Shown: positions 26,050-37,151 of the stretch, one piece after another
Layout: the number at the start of each line of letters is the position of its first letter
Position numbering within the stretch: position 1 is the stretch's first letter
Origin: Trichoplax adhaerens
Lineage: Eukaryota; Animalia; Placozoa
Assembly (NCBI RefSeq): GCF_000150275.1
Contig: NW_002060948.1
Location: forward strand, 1,759,983 to 1,823,982
Reading direction: 5' to 3'
DNA length: 64,000 bases
Notes under the pieces: generated by a model
Told to the model about the DNA's origin: nothing
The model's database searches: none
What the model saw: the letters and a program-made list of their open reading frames with translations, nothing else
Made by a program: the position numbers and the translations under genes

Positions 26050-28664
26050 ATGTCCTTCAATAAAAGCAGTAAAAGCAAAGTCAAGAATAAACGTAACACT
26101 TCTGCAATAAAAAGTGAAAAAAATCGAAATAATCAGGTTATGTTTATTCAAGTACTATGTACGTCTTTCTGCATATTTTTAATTTGAACACTGTAGATTG
26201 ATTATTCGCTTGCATCGACCGCTGATTCTGAAAGTAGTTTATCAATTTGCATAAGGATGGAGATATGAGCTCTGTGACAATAACAATACTGAAGCCCAAA
26301 GTATACTGACAATCTACCAATGCCATTGAAATCACTGATCGACTTATGGATAACAAATAAATTTCAAGGCACTTTGCTGTATAAAGTTGAAATAAGTATG
26401 ATCTTAATTGTGTCGTAGGCAGGAAATTTTCCACCGAGAAGCAACGATAAATATAAAAGAGCAATTACCGATAATCACCATCGATATAGTGAACCATCAG
26501 GTATTGTACAACGTCCTACCTTGCAAACATCTCAATTGCTCCATGCTAGTGCTATATCCTGCTGATGTATTGATTTAGACTAATAATTTAACTGACTATC
26601 CAGCATTTTACAAATTCCTCTACCAATAGACTGTACTTGTTATCATATGGATCGATACGATTCGTATATTAATCACCTACTCGTATTCATTTTAGAGGAA
26701 TTTTATCAAGACGAGGATGATGGTACTATCATAACGCATGAGAATATCCGGTCATCTTTAACATTGGGTAAGAATAGGTGTAGAGCTGCCAATGATGACA
26801 TACAATTCCATTGTTAAAAATACCTACACTTATTACTGTTAGCTGTGCTAAGGTAGTTCTGCGATCGACGGGTAAATAAGATACTACATTTCTTAATCTT
26901 CTTTCTGTAACTTTAAAATAATACGGATGACATATTGGGAATAAAGAATACCAAGGTTATACTAGCGGTACTTGGATGCAAATTCTTCTTTAAGTTAGCA
27001 GTATAATATTGATCGTAGCTGAGTAAAGTTAATTATCCATATTGTAATGGAGAATTCCTAGTTCAGTACACGCCTGTTCATCTACTAAAGCACTTTGAAA
27101 CGAATGGTATTATTCTACAGTACTGTATAGCACCTGGGAGTATTATTTGTACAGTATAATTTTATAGTAGGGATTGCACCTGTAAAAAATTTTGACTTAA
27201 CCTTAATAATCATACTTGAATGCATAACAGCAGTATTTACCGGTAAAAAAATTTTAAAATTACTTTAACATGGTACTGTTCATAGAATATATACTGTAGT
27301 CTATGATACATAATCGTTATTGAATTGATAATATATTCACATTGTTCTATATACAAACAGCTAATTTAGTCACTCTCGATGTTATATTCAGCTAATAGCA
27401 GTTCTTACCTTCGATTTGATGAATGTGAAAAGGAATGGGATAAGATTAAAGATAATCAGGTATTTGCAATACTGGAAATCTAATTGCAAGGATATCTTTG
27501 GCAAAGTATACAATTTAAGAAAGTAACTTTTAAAAAGCGATGATGTTAAATTTGTCTAATTAATTATTTTTACCAACGCATGAATTGAAAGGGTACAAAA
27601 TTTTACGCTATTTATTCGTTAGTAACTACACCTTAAACGTTGATATAAAAGCTGATTATTATTCTGTATAGTCATGATATTTTTCTACGCCTTGTTTGAT
27701 TAATAGTTTTCATCAGTGATGAAAATCAATTTATCGGGGTTAGCAAAGTCTTTAGAAACTATTCCTTTGCACACCTTACTCAAAATAGATGATGCAGATT
27801 TCATGGTTAGTAGCTTTAACATAATATTTGTTCTTTTATTAATTTGCTAGAGTTAATATTTTTTATAATACTGTTATACTGTATTATGCTGTTTTAACCC
27901 TTAAAAGTATACAACTCTTAATGTACCCTATAATAGAATCAATTTTTCGTGTAAATAAATAAAAATAGTGATGTTGTTGCATCTGCACTCTTTTTCTCTC
28001 TAATAGCCATATATTACATTAGAGACGCATCAATCGACAACTACTTCACAATCAAATATAGTGCCCGTCGAAAATGTTGAATCTGAAGAATTGAAAAAAG
28101 AAAATGAGAATAGCTCTTTAGGCAGCAAAAAGCGCCGTGAAAAGATAAAAGAATCAAGTTTGCATATTAAGCTATCTAATATAGACAGCCGCAGTTATGC
28201 AATAGAGGATAATCAGAAGGAAAATGAAGAATTAGATCAATTATTAGCATTGGATGAACTCGATTTGCAAGAGCCAGCCGTGAATGAAAATGGTTGTTGC
28301 AACAGTCATAAATTCATAGTTTAACAATTGCATAGACTGTTTTCGTAGATAGATTAGCATCTAAAAATATGTTACAAGCATAAGAATGTGATTGAATCTT
28401 GTATAATTTCTTGATTAATACTTAGTAATATCCGATGACGTGCCTACTAATCCTGTAGCTGTTGAACAAATCCCAAACGTATCTGCAAATTCGGAGCCTG
28501 AGGAAATTACGACCGTAGCTTCTAGCGATAATGTGAGTGAATAAACGAATAGGAATTATATTTCCAGTGTAATCACTTACATTGGCTATTTTAAACAGGA
28601 TCAGGTCTCGAAAAAAGAAAGCGTGGACGATCTAGAGTCCTGGCTAGACAGCATCATTGATTAG
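26050..28664 (+). CDS. AVEN: Cell death regulator Aven homolog
   Basis: Eight phase-consistent exons: 26050-26136, 26419-26500, 26696-26767, 27392-27459, 27707-27805, 28007-28292, 28426-28532 and 28599-28664. Motifs KRAITDNHHRY, YLRFDECEKEWD, LAKSLETIPLHTLLKI, EELDQLL and C-terminal DDLESWLDSIID match the remembered AVEN blocks KRKIVSNWDRY, FRFAEEKEWD, LVRALQELPL and ELEDWLDSMIS. Confidence 0.88.
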
Positions 28665-30139
28665 ACTATACGTGAAGATTGGTAAAAGAAGAATTATATC
28701 TTCTGTAGAACCTTTGACTCTTGTAATGCTGATTTATAGTTTTATTGGAGAATAATGAAGACGCATGAATAATGTATAATATTGTATAAATCATTGAGAG
28801 ATTCTTTACATTAGCAACTATCAATGTAAATTTTTATTATTGATATATATATAATCTTAGCCTAAGTACTATATTGGCAAGGACTTCTAGGTTGCATAAT
28901 GAAATCTTTGTGCTAAATTTTATGTCAACTTGAATTATCTGGTACCCACCTTAATATTTGTCGACCAATTAGTTACAATTGAGATATTTATATTGTATTC
29001 AGCGATGATGTTAAGATAAAAAAATTTTCCATTTCAATGACGAAGCGAAAATAAAAATATAAACAATATTTTTATTGATAATAGATCAAAAATATTTGAC
29101 TCCTTAATGGTGCAAGTACATGCATAAGCGGCTTACAAGGATTTAACATGACAATACTACCTTTAATTAAAACAATAATGCTTATTCTTACTTTACTAGT
29201 ATGTGGAAAAGGTAACAGTCTTAGAAATATAGTAAAGCAACTAGCACAGTCTAGTCAGATATCAAGAGGATAACTGTAATAGAACAATATTGATCAAATT
29301 TGCGTAGCACTTAAACGTATCGAATACTACCATTACTTACGTTACTACAAGATAACTACAAGTACGCCATTTTTGCACGATTGAATTATCATTATGGTTG
29401 ATAAGTTGAATCTTATGCTACCTTGTTCATTAGTACTATTTAATGCAAGATTAATAACGTATACGTACTTTAATTTGATAATTATGTTCATTACACATAT
29501 GTTAGCTATCAATTTATCATCATACTTTTTAAGTACTTGGATAGTGATGGCTACATCTTTGGTTAAATTAAAGTTGATTAACGCTAAGAATAATTTTCCT
29601 TGTAGACAACGACGACGTACTGTTTGATAGAATTGTCTACGCATTCACTTAATATCATGTAGGTTGCGACATAACTCACAAGGTTATATACTGCAATAAT
29701 ATTTGAAAGTTTCTCAAAGAAAGGACCAGCTCTTCTCTTTCTAGGAGCAGTCTTGGCTACTAAGTCAATAATTACAATGGAGGAATGATGCCCATCAGTC
29801 TCGTCAAATTTCTCCACTTAGAGTAACTACTGGAAGAAGTAATAACGTCGCGTAGGCTCAATATAACCATTCTGCTTATACTATAACATAATGTATAAGA
29901 CTTTTGAAAGATTACTCGCAAGGTTATTACTATCAAGACATGAATATCTGAATCGGGGTTGTCTTGCGCATAATGGGCTTCATAAATTTCTGTTACAGCA
30001 ACTTTGTATACGCGAATGGAGTATTTCATGAGGTAAAAAAAAAGTTATTGATGTAGAATCGACTTTCATCCATCTTTTCATCACAGAAATTGACAACTAC
30101 ACATCTATATATATTTAAATTATTGTTTTTCGGTGTAAG

Positions 30140-30655
30140 TTACAGTAGCTCAAATAATATTTTCAGTAACGTTACAAAAATACGATGAAAGGTATCTGAA
30201 GCAGAGCCATGTTTATTCGAGTTATACTTTTCAGCTGCGGCATTAATGGCGTCATCTTTTTCTCCCATTACTACTGTTAATTGGTAAACTGATTGTTCAT
30301 ATGACACATGACCATAAATTGCAACGCCAATAGGTCGCTTGGCACTTGAAGAGATGGTGATTATATCTCGTCCGCACGTATTGGAAACATGAGAGTAGTG
30401 ATCGAAGTCAGGCTTTTCGTTCCCTTCATCAGCGTATATATCAGCATCTCCGGATATGGAATCTAAGATTAGTGTATATGTTCCACCTTTTGTGATAGTA
30501 TAGTAAGTATAATTACCTCGTCCTATAGCCCCGTCAAATACCTTGACATTGCCATTTGCGTCGACCGTCCTAACAATGGCCATAGAAAGGAAGAACATGG
30601 TCATAAAAGCCATTGCTAAGTTTGAACGGCAATTTTGACGAAAAGACCATGTCAT
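30140..30655 (-). CDS. C6orf120: UPF0669 protein C6orf120 homolog, intronless, with signal peptide
   Basis: Contains GNYTYY, LDSISGDADIY, PDFDHY, SNTCGRD, RPIGVAIYGH and a hydrophobic C-terminus IFVTLLKILFELL. ATG at 30655 or 30613; the ORF track starts at a TTG. Confidence 0.9.
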   Translation of the reverse strand: MTWSFRQNCRSNLAMAFMTMFFLSMAIVRTVDANGNVKVFDGAIGRGNYTYYTITKGGTYTLILDSISGDADIYADEGNEKPDFDHYSHVSNTCGRDIITISSSAKRPIGVAIYGHVSYEQSVYQLTVVMGEKDDAINAAAEKYNSNKHGSASDTFHRIFVTLLKILFELL

Positions 30656-31269
30656 GATGAATGATGTTATGCTCAATTTGACTTGTGTTTCAATATAAGA
30701 ATTCTATTCGAATACAATCACTTTCGGCCAAGATCAAGTCTTTAATTGCATACACGATGTCAATAAGTCTATTGTTGTACTTGTCTTGGCACTAAGAAAA
30801 AATCTCTTCCATTCCAAGTTGATTGTATTTCCTGACTAAAAAAATGGAGGCCAATGTCCAGTTCTTAATAAATCACTCTTATTCTAACATACATCTACGC
30901 ATCTAGAATAAGCAAGAATTGCAATTCTATTGACCTTGATACTATATGATATCAATTATCTTTCTTTCCTTGATAACTGACGACACCAATTTTAATCATC
31001 AAAATCCAGTGCACTACTTGCATGCATGTAGGAGAAAATGGCCACCTTTACGCGTCTCTTTCAAAATGGATGCTGATCATCGATGCGTATAGTATGTATT
31101 GGATAACTGATCACCAAATCCACAATATCCTAATTGATTGTCTGATGTACTCGATCCGATTGCTTAAATAGTAAACTAAAACCTTCAATATAAATCTAGT
31201 CAACAAATGGATTGCTCGAAGTTAACGAGAATTTTGAAGGGCCGAATTTGAGGAAGGCGCAGCTTTGAG

Positions 31270-31445
31270 AGTACGGTACAATACTATACACTACATTACG
31301 GTAATGTACGGTGAGTACACGGTACAGTACCCTTATCGTTAACCTGATACGGTACAGCGCAGTACGCATGTCCAATATTGCACAAAGTTACACTGGTACA
31401 GTAGCTTTTAGGTCCGTACGGACTGGACTGTCTGTATGTAGTCTG
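31270..31445. promoter_or_regulatory. GTAC-rich block ~600 bp upstream of C6orf120 (putative promoter)
   Basis: GAGTACGGTACAATAC, GTACGGTGAGTACACGGTACAGTACC, GATACGGTACAGCGCAGTACGC and GGTCCGTACGGAC are clustered within ~170 bp. Confidence 0.45.
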
Positions 31446-32288
31446 TGCAAAAATAATATCATTGGTAGCAATTCATTTCCTACTAGTTTGATGTCGGTGA
31501 ATCTTGAACGAACCTTAAAAACCTCACGTTCAATTTAATTTTTAATTTTTATACGAAGTTGCGACTGTCTAAGCATTGGTGTACTTTACCAGTATATCCA
31601 GCATAATGCTATTCAATAATATCGAATAATACAGATTTATTACAGATCAAAAAGAATATTTATTTTACTTATATCCGATAGCATGATTGAATGGTGAGCA
31701 AAACATGATATCACCGTACCTCAATGGAAGGTACACCGTGCCAGTCTCTATTAATATGGACTACTAGTACAAATAGTTGATCTCCTCACTTGTTCTGCTT
31801 TGCCTGTCATACTGTACCAACTATAGTTATACATCTGTTTACGGTTAATATGCGTAGTAGTGTACTGTAATTAATTAATTTTATTAAATGGAAATTCGAC
31901 CGGTGATTCCACCTTTCCTAGGATTTCATTTCGATCCCCTTATTTAGTTGTCTTTGGCAATGATGGCGTAGTATCAAACAGGCCCCTCCGAATATGGTAT
32001 TGGTAATAATGCTAATAACTACAGTATTTCATGTTCACAACATTTAGTAATTCATGATCCAGGCTGTAGTACAATATCATTGATCTTGAACGCACCAATA
32101 TCTACTATAGTGACTAGTGCTAAACGTTCATCTACCCTAGGCCTGAAGTCGCAGTTGGAATTCCAAACATTGTAGGCTATTAAAAATAAACACTATCATA
32201 TAAATTCGACATTTAGTCACAGCTTAGTTTTATTGAGCTATCTACAATAGAAATAACTACAATATATATTAACTTCCTCTTTGTAATT

Positions 32289-32509
32289 GACATGATTGGG
32301 TTTATAAAATTTTTAAAACTTCTCGATGATATAATAATAAAGGAAAATGTAATATTGGAAACTTGATGAGTCACTAACGGTCATAGTCGTAACGTAGACA
32401 TTATTGGGTTTATAAAATTTTTAAAACTTCTCGATGATATAATAATAACGGAAAATGTAATATTGGAAACTTGACGAATCACTAACAGACATAGTTGCAA
32501 CGTAGATAT
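32289..32509. repeat. Tandem duplication, ~108-bp unit x2
   Basis: ATTGGGTTTATAAAATTTTTAAAACTTCTCGATGATATAATAATAA...GGAAAATGTAATATTGGAAACTTGA...CACTAAC...AACGTAGA occurs twice. Confidence 0.92.
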
Positions 32510-32987
32510 TTCTAATAATTGTCTATACAATAACTTATCATTTTTCTTGGCTCCTTAATAAGGTACCGTTCATTTTTACAGTCATTAAATATTAAAATTG
32601 ATGTTACGGAAGCGTGTAAAAGGCAAAATTCAAGTATTGAATCTCATCTATTTCACGTCGCCTCCGCAATAACTCGATTGTGAAATCATAGTATTACTCC
32701 AATATATAAACAGTAATACAATTTGTACCAAATAGGTAGACACGTATTATCAAATAACAGATATACACATGCTGTACACTATATGCAAAATTTTCACTTT
32801 GTTTTACAACTGACGGGTTGAAAACAATATAACATGCATAGCTTAACAGATTGATAAACTAAAAATTACAATTTCTGAGCACGTCCTACAAACATCTCAT
32901 CGTAAATAGATATAAGCAATATCATAAAAAGCAGTCTCTACTTGTAGATCAGAATGGATATAAGAGTATCAGAGTGGTGTTAGGGAA

Positions 32988-34064
32988 TTAGCTATCTGTA
33001 TGCTTTTGTTGATGCTTACTTAAGTTTCTCTTAACGCGAAAAGATAAATCACAGTCACTGCATTTATACGGTTTTTCATTTGTATGCAAACGAATATGCT
33101 GTCTTAAATTAGAGAGTACAGAAAATGCTTTAGCACAATATTCACAAATGTACGGCTTTTCTCCCGTATGAGTTCTAGTGTGTACTTTCAAGCTTTGCCT
33201 TGTTGTAAACGCCTTGGTACAATCGTGGCATTCAAACAGATTCTTCTTTTTGTGTATATCTTTAGCGTGTAATAAAAGTTGAGGTTTAGCATCGAAGGTT
33301 TTTTTACAAATTGTGCATTCGAAAACGTTCAGATTATGAGTTTTAGCGTGCATAGTTAGATTGCGGCTTGCATCATATTTCGTTTTGTAAATGGTAAATT
33401 TTTGGACTCCACCGGTTTTTAGAACGTTCGATGCTGACTCATCACCAGCTATTTCGCCATTTAATGCAGCTGTCTCCTCTCTTTGCTCTGTTCCCTCTGT
33501 GGTACGATTGGGTATTTCCTCAGCGTTATCTGAATCTATATCCATTTCTTTCGCCAAAGATTGCGGAGCAACTTCGCCATCGTTTGTACACGATATTTCA
33601 TCTTCATTCTCTTCCTCCTGGTAATTTGCAGTTGCAAACGCAGTAACGTGGGAAATAATAGTAGTGAGCAGCGTTGCTAATGCAATACAGGTTTGGCCAT
33701 AATCGATTTCTTCGCTGTCTCCTAGTTCGCTGCCAATGCATTTCAACAACATCGTTGACCAATAGGTTAACTGTGATAAAACGATATGTCTGAAGGTAGG
33801 CATTTGACGATTAATCACAAACAGTTGTGCAGTAAGTTGTTCCGCAATATCATGTAAGACCTGTTGTAAATGCTGAACATTTTGTAAGGTCTCCTTTCTA
33901 GATTGGCTATGTATTGAATCAGTATTAGATCGTGAAGCTACTGCCACTTTTTCCGTCACTTTTTCCAAAGTTTCTACCAACTTGTAACAAGATAGACCTA
34001 AAACTTCTGCTGTGGTATCATCTCTTGTTAGAGTCGATTTTAGATCGCATAGTTTGGTCGATAG
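32988..34064 (-). CDS. C2H2 zinc-finger protein, terminal exon (4 intact fingers and 1 degenerate); upstream exons unresolved, candidate start at ATG 36234
   Basis: An acceptor at 34065 opens the frame LSTKLCDLKS.... Fingers CTIC..H..H, CHDC..HTRTH, CEYC..HIRLH and CSDC..HQQKH, with TGEKPY and TNEKPY linkers. Candidate first exon MENEITKEHSPNT starts at 36234. Confidence 0.88.
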   Translation of the reverse strand, partial: LSTKLCDLKSTLTRDDTTAEVLGLSCYKLVETLEKVTEKVAVASRSNTDSIHSQSRKETLQNVQHLQQVLHDIAEQLTAQLFVINRQMPTFRHIVLSQLTYWSTMLLKCIGSELGDSEEIDYGQTCIALATLLTTIISHVTAFATANYQEEENEDEISCTNDGEVAPQSLAKEMDIDSDNAEEIPNRTTEGTEQREETAALNGEIAGDESASNVLKTGGVQKFTIYKTKYDASRNLTMHAKTHNLNVFECTICKKTFDAKPQLLLHAKDIHKKKNLFECHDCTKAFTTRQSLKVHTRTHTGEKPYICEYCAKAFSVLSNLRQHIRLHTNEKPYKCSDCDLSFRVKRNLSKHQQKHTDS

Positions 34065-36694
34065 CTGTATAAAAATAATATTATATCATTAACATTGCAA
34101 TAGTACTATTAGTAGATTAGACTGTCTTACTATTCTTTCTTTGCTAAAAGTATGTATTTCGCAATGGTTTTACAATAGACTTTAGAACTTCTACCGGTTT
34201 CTGTAGAATAGATGTATGCGTAGGTATAATAGTCAGTAAAATAAATTGTCTTTATGATTGCGAATTCGTAGCTAATTATAGTCAGAATGCTTTTTTTAAT
34301 GTTGGTGTCGTTTATGGTAGTATAGAATAGGTACTACGGGAAATGAGATATTGTTGGTAGGATAAATTTACAAGCTATACAATATAGTTACTACAGTAGA
34401 TTGTATTGGAAATAAAGGAATCAAGTTCTTGCACTATTTTGATAAATCACTCGGTAGAATTGCAATATTGCGGCGTTCGCTGTTGGCATTGGAGGAATAA
34501 CGAGGAAAATTTGTCTCAATAATGGAGTTACAGTACCGTAGAAGAAGTAGGATCCAAACAGTAATCTTTATTTTCTGTGAAGAATAACGCAACAGCGTAC
34601 GTCATCAATTCTGAATTGCAGTGATTCTGCATGTCGACGGCAAATTACTCATACTATTTTAAAACCAGTACATAATCTAATTGAAGCAAATGTCGATTTA
34701 GGGTGATAACTAGCGGGTAAAGACGGTCAATATGATTGTATAAGCTACAAGCTGGATGAGGAATGGATACTAGAATGGAGTAAGTGCAATCGTAATTGTG
34801 AAATCGGTTGAATAAATAAATAAAAAAGTGATTCAATTATTCAGGGCACCAAGGGTATTGAACTCTAACATTAAGAGGTCATTGGTTGCCACCACGTTGC
34901 ATCTAAAGGCTTTATAAAACATCAGGATGTTGTACTAAAATTTTACAGCTAGCTTCATTTGATGAGTTACTTGACGTATCTGTAGTTCCATTGAGTAATT
35001 TAATCCCAAAAGCAATATTTGAAGGGCTTTCTCGCGTATTAGTGCGCAGAATTTGTAAGTTTAATGAAGACTCATATCGCGAGAAAGGAACTGGTCCCTC
35101 TCGCCTTATTATAGTTGAATCATAGACCAGTCGATTCTCCCACTATTTCGATAAAATTACGACTTTATTTAATCATCATCTAGCGAATAATAAACTGCCA
35201 AAGTGCTCACGCTATGCTCACTCCTTGTTCTTAGTGTAGTGGTATTGTGCATGCATACCAGAATCATCCTTATTATCTCGAATTTCTCTCAGCGATCAAA
35301 GAGTAATGATGGATTGACATTATAATGAATATTCATGATCTTATACGAGAAATTAGGAAATTGCTTATTAAGTTAACCATCCTAGAGCAGATTCTCGTTT
35401 ATTACTCGTTCATTACTAGGGTATTGTCATCATAACAAAAATAAATACAGTGGTGAAGTCTTCAATGAATGAAGACTGAAAAGTTGTATTTTGGGCAGAG
35501 TCTTTCCTCTTTGAGTTGATACTAAATTCAAGAGTGCATGGCATTGATGTTTGAGTTTGCAAATTGACAATGTTGCAATATCTTGATAAGCCATAAAAAT
35601 CTTTTTACTATCCTTAATGAACAGTACACACGTTCTCAATTGCAAACTCTGCTATAACACGGTAGTCTATTACGCTTTATTACGACCGCTATCTTCGTAG
35701 TCAACGCGATCAATTAGATTAGAAATAACAGATAATCAGTCAATGTTAGTCTAGTATAATCAAGTATCATCTGCCTCTTTATCTCAGCTTTGATAAAGTC
35801 TCATAGTACAGTAAGTTAGTCAACAATTTGATGGCAGGGTAGATACTACAAATATTACTGGTATAGCAATCAACGATGAGGATCCATTGAAAGAAAGTAA
35901 AATATCCTTGTAGTCAGTTATGCTTAGCCGATGTCTTACTGTACAGTGTACAGTTCGGTAGAGTACTGTATGAGGTGATCGTCTGCATTCTTCTTATTCA
36001 TGGCCAATTTCATCGTTGGTCAGATAGGACTATACTCGTACCCATTATAAATTGAATCTACTGTATCAACTGTATCAATAGAGTTTCTATTAACTTGGAT
36101 ATACAATGTTAAGGAATTTTGATTTCCTTCATTTTCTACCAAGTATAATTGCATCATTCAACCTATCCGAAACTTACATCCGATACACATTCACCGGTAT
36201 TTGGACTGTGTTCTTTGGTGATTTCATTCTCCATGGCAAAACTACTGCTATATCGTGTACGAACAGTACAGTTGATCGATAATGTATGTAATCAACGTAA
36301 TTCTATCTGTGGCTATGAATACTGTAAAAATTTTATGACGAGATGGTAAAGGAGGAACTTCCTCCAAGGAAGACTTTGGAAAATATATTTCACCTTTCCC
36401 TTTAGGTAGAATAGTAGAATCCAGTAAGTACGAGGTTATGACGAAGACTGATATGATTTTGCGCACAGTGTCCAGTCTACTACAGTACTTACTACTGTAT
36501 GAAGTCGATCGGACCCGAGTCGTAAGAAATGGAGATTTCAATCCATTTTTGATTTATTTCTCTGTTTATTTTTTATTCAATTCCATTCCTGAATTGGTCC
36601 ATTCACACGACGGACTCTTTAGCACTGGCGATTTTGAAAATAAAATAAAATAAGAGAAAAGAGACCATTTCTGATAGACAAGTCTTGTCATAGC

Positions 36695-36965
36695 CTAACT
36701 GTACAGTACCTCTCACAGTACTGTACACTGTACAGTACCTAAATCTAGTGCAGTACTGGACCGCTACTACTAGAATCCGTTATGGTCTGGAACGGTCCGG
36801 TTCCGATCAGTTCGTACCGGTATGACAGACTGACGGAAGCTCATCGCACTAGCATAATAAGAGGACTGTCGCGCAGGACACGTTAACCGGTACCGTGTAG
36901 TTGACGTGCCGTGCCGTAGCGAGCCCAAACGATCCAAAGTCAGTACGGTGCTGTACTGTATATGA
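36695..36965. promoter_or_regulatory. GTAC-pentamer and CpG-rich putative bidirectional promoter between the zinc-finger gene and UBR1/2
   Basis: CTGTACAGTACC, CAGTACTGTACACTGTACAGTACC, CCGGTACCG and CAGTACGGTGCTGTACTGTA. Locally GC/CpG-richer than the flanks and ~190 bp upstream of the ATG at 37152. Confidence 0.55.
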
Positions 36966-37151
36966 CTACTAAGACTGGATATCATTTTTTTTTATTTATT
37001 TATACTACTGTGCTACGACTGTCTTAAAGCAGAGAGTGTGGATACCTAGCCGACCATACTGTTCCTCTTCGTTGTTGGATTTGTAAACGCCGAGTTGGCA
37101 AGGATACTTCTATCATTCAAGAAATAGTCGCCAGTAAAAGGTTGGGGTAAC

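Noticed and set aside
25546-26110. Overlapping YCTVQYST-rich ORFs on both strands
   Set aside because: Products of the GTAC[A/T] pentamer array, with no splice or homology support.
29345-30029. Short ORFs between AVEN and C6orf120
   Set aside because: No recognisable motifs or consistent splice structure; probably convergent 3' UTR or intergenic DNA.
30725-30740. GGCCAAGATCAAGT resembling U2 snRNA
   Set aside because: The branch-point recognition sequence GTGTAGTA and the rest of U2 are absent; chance match.
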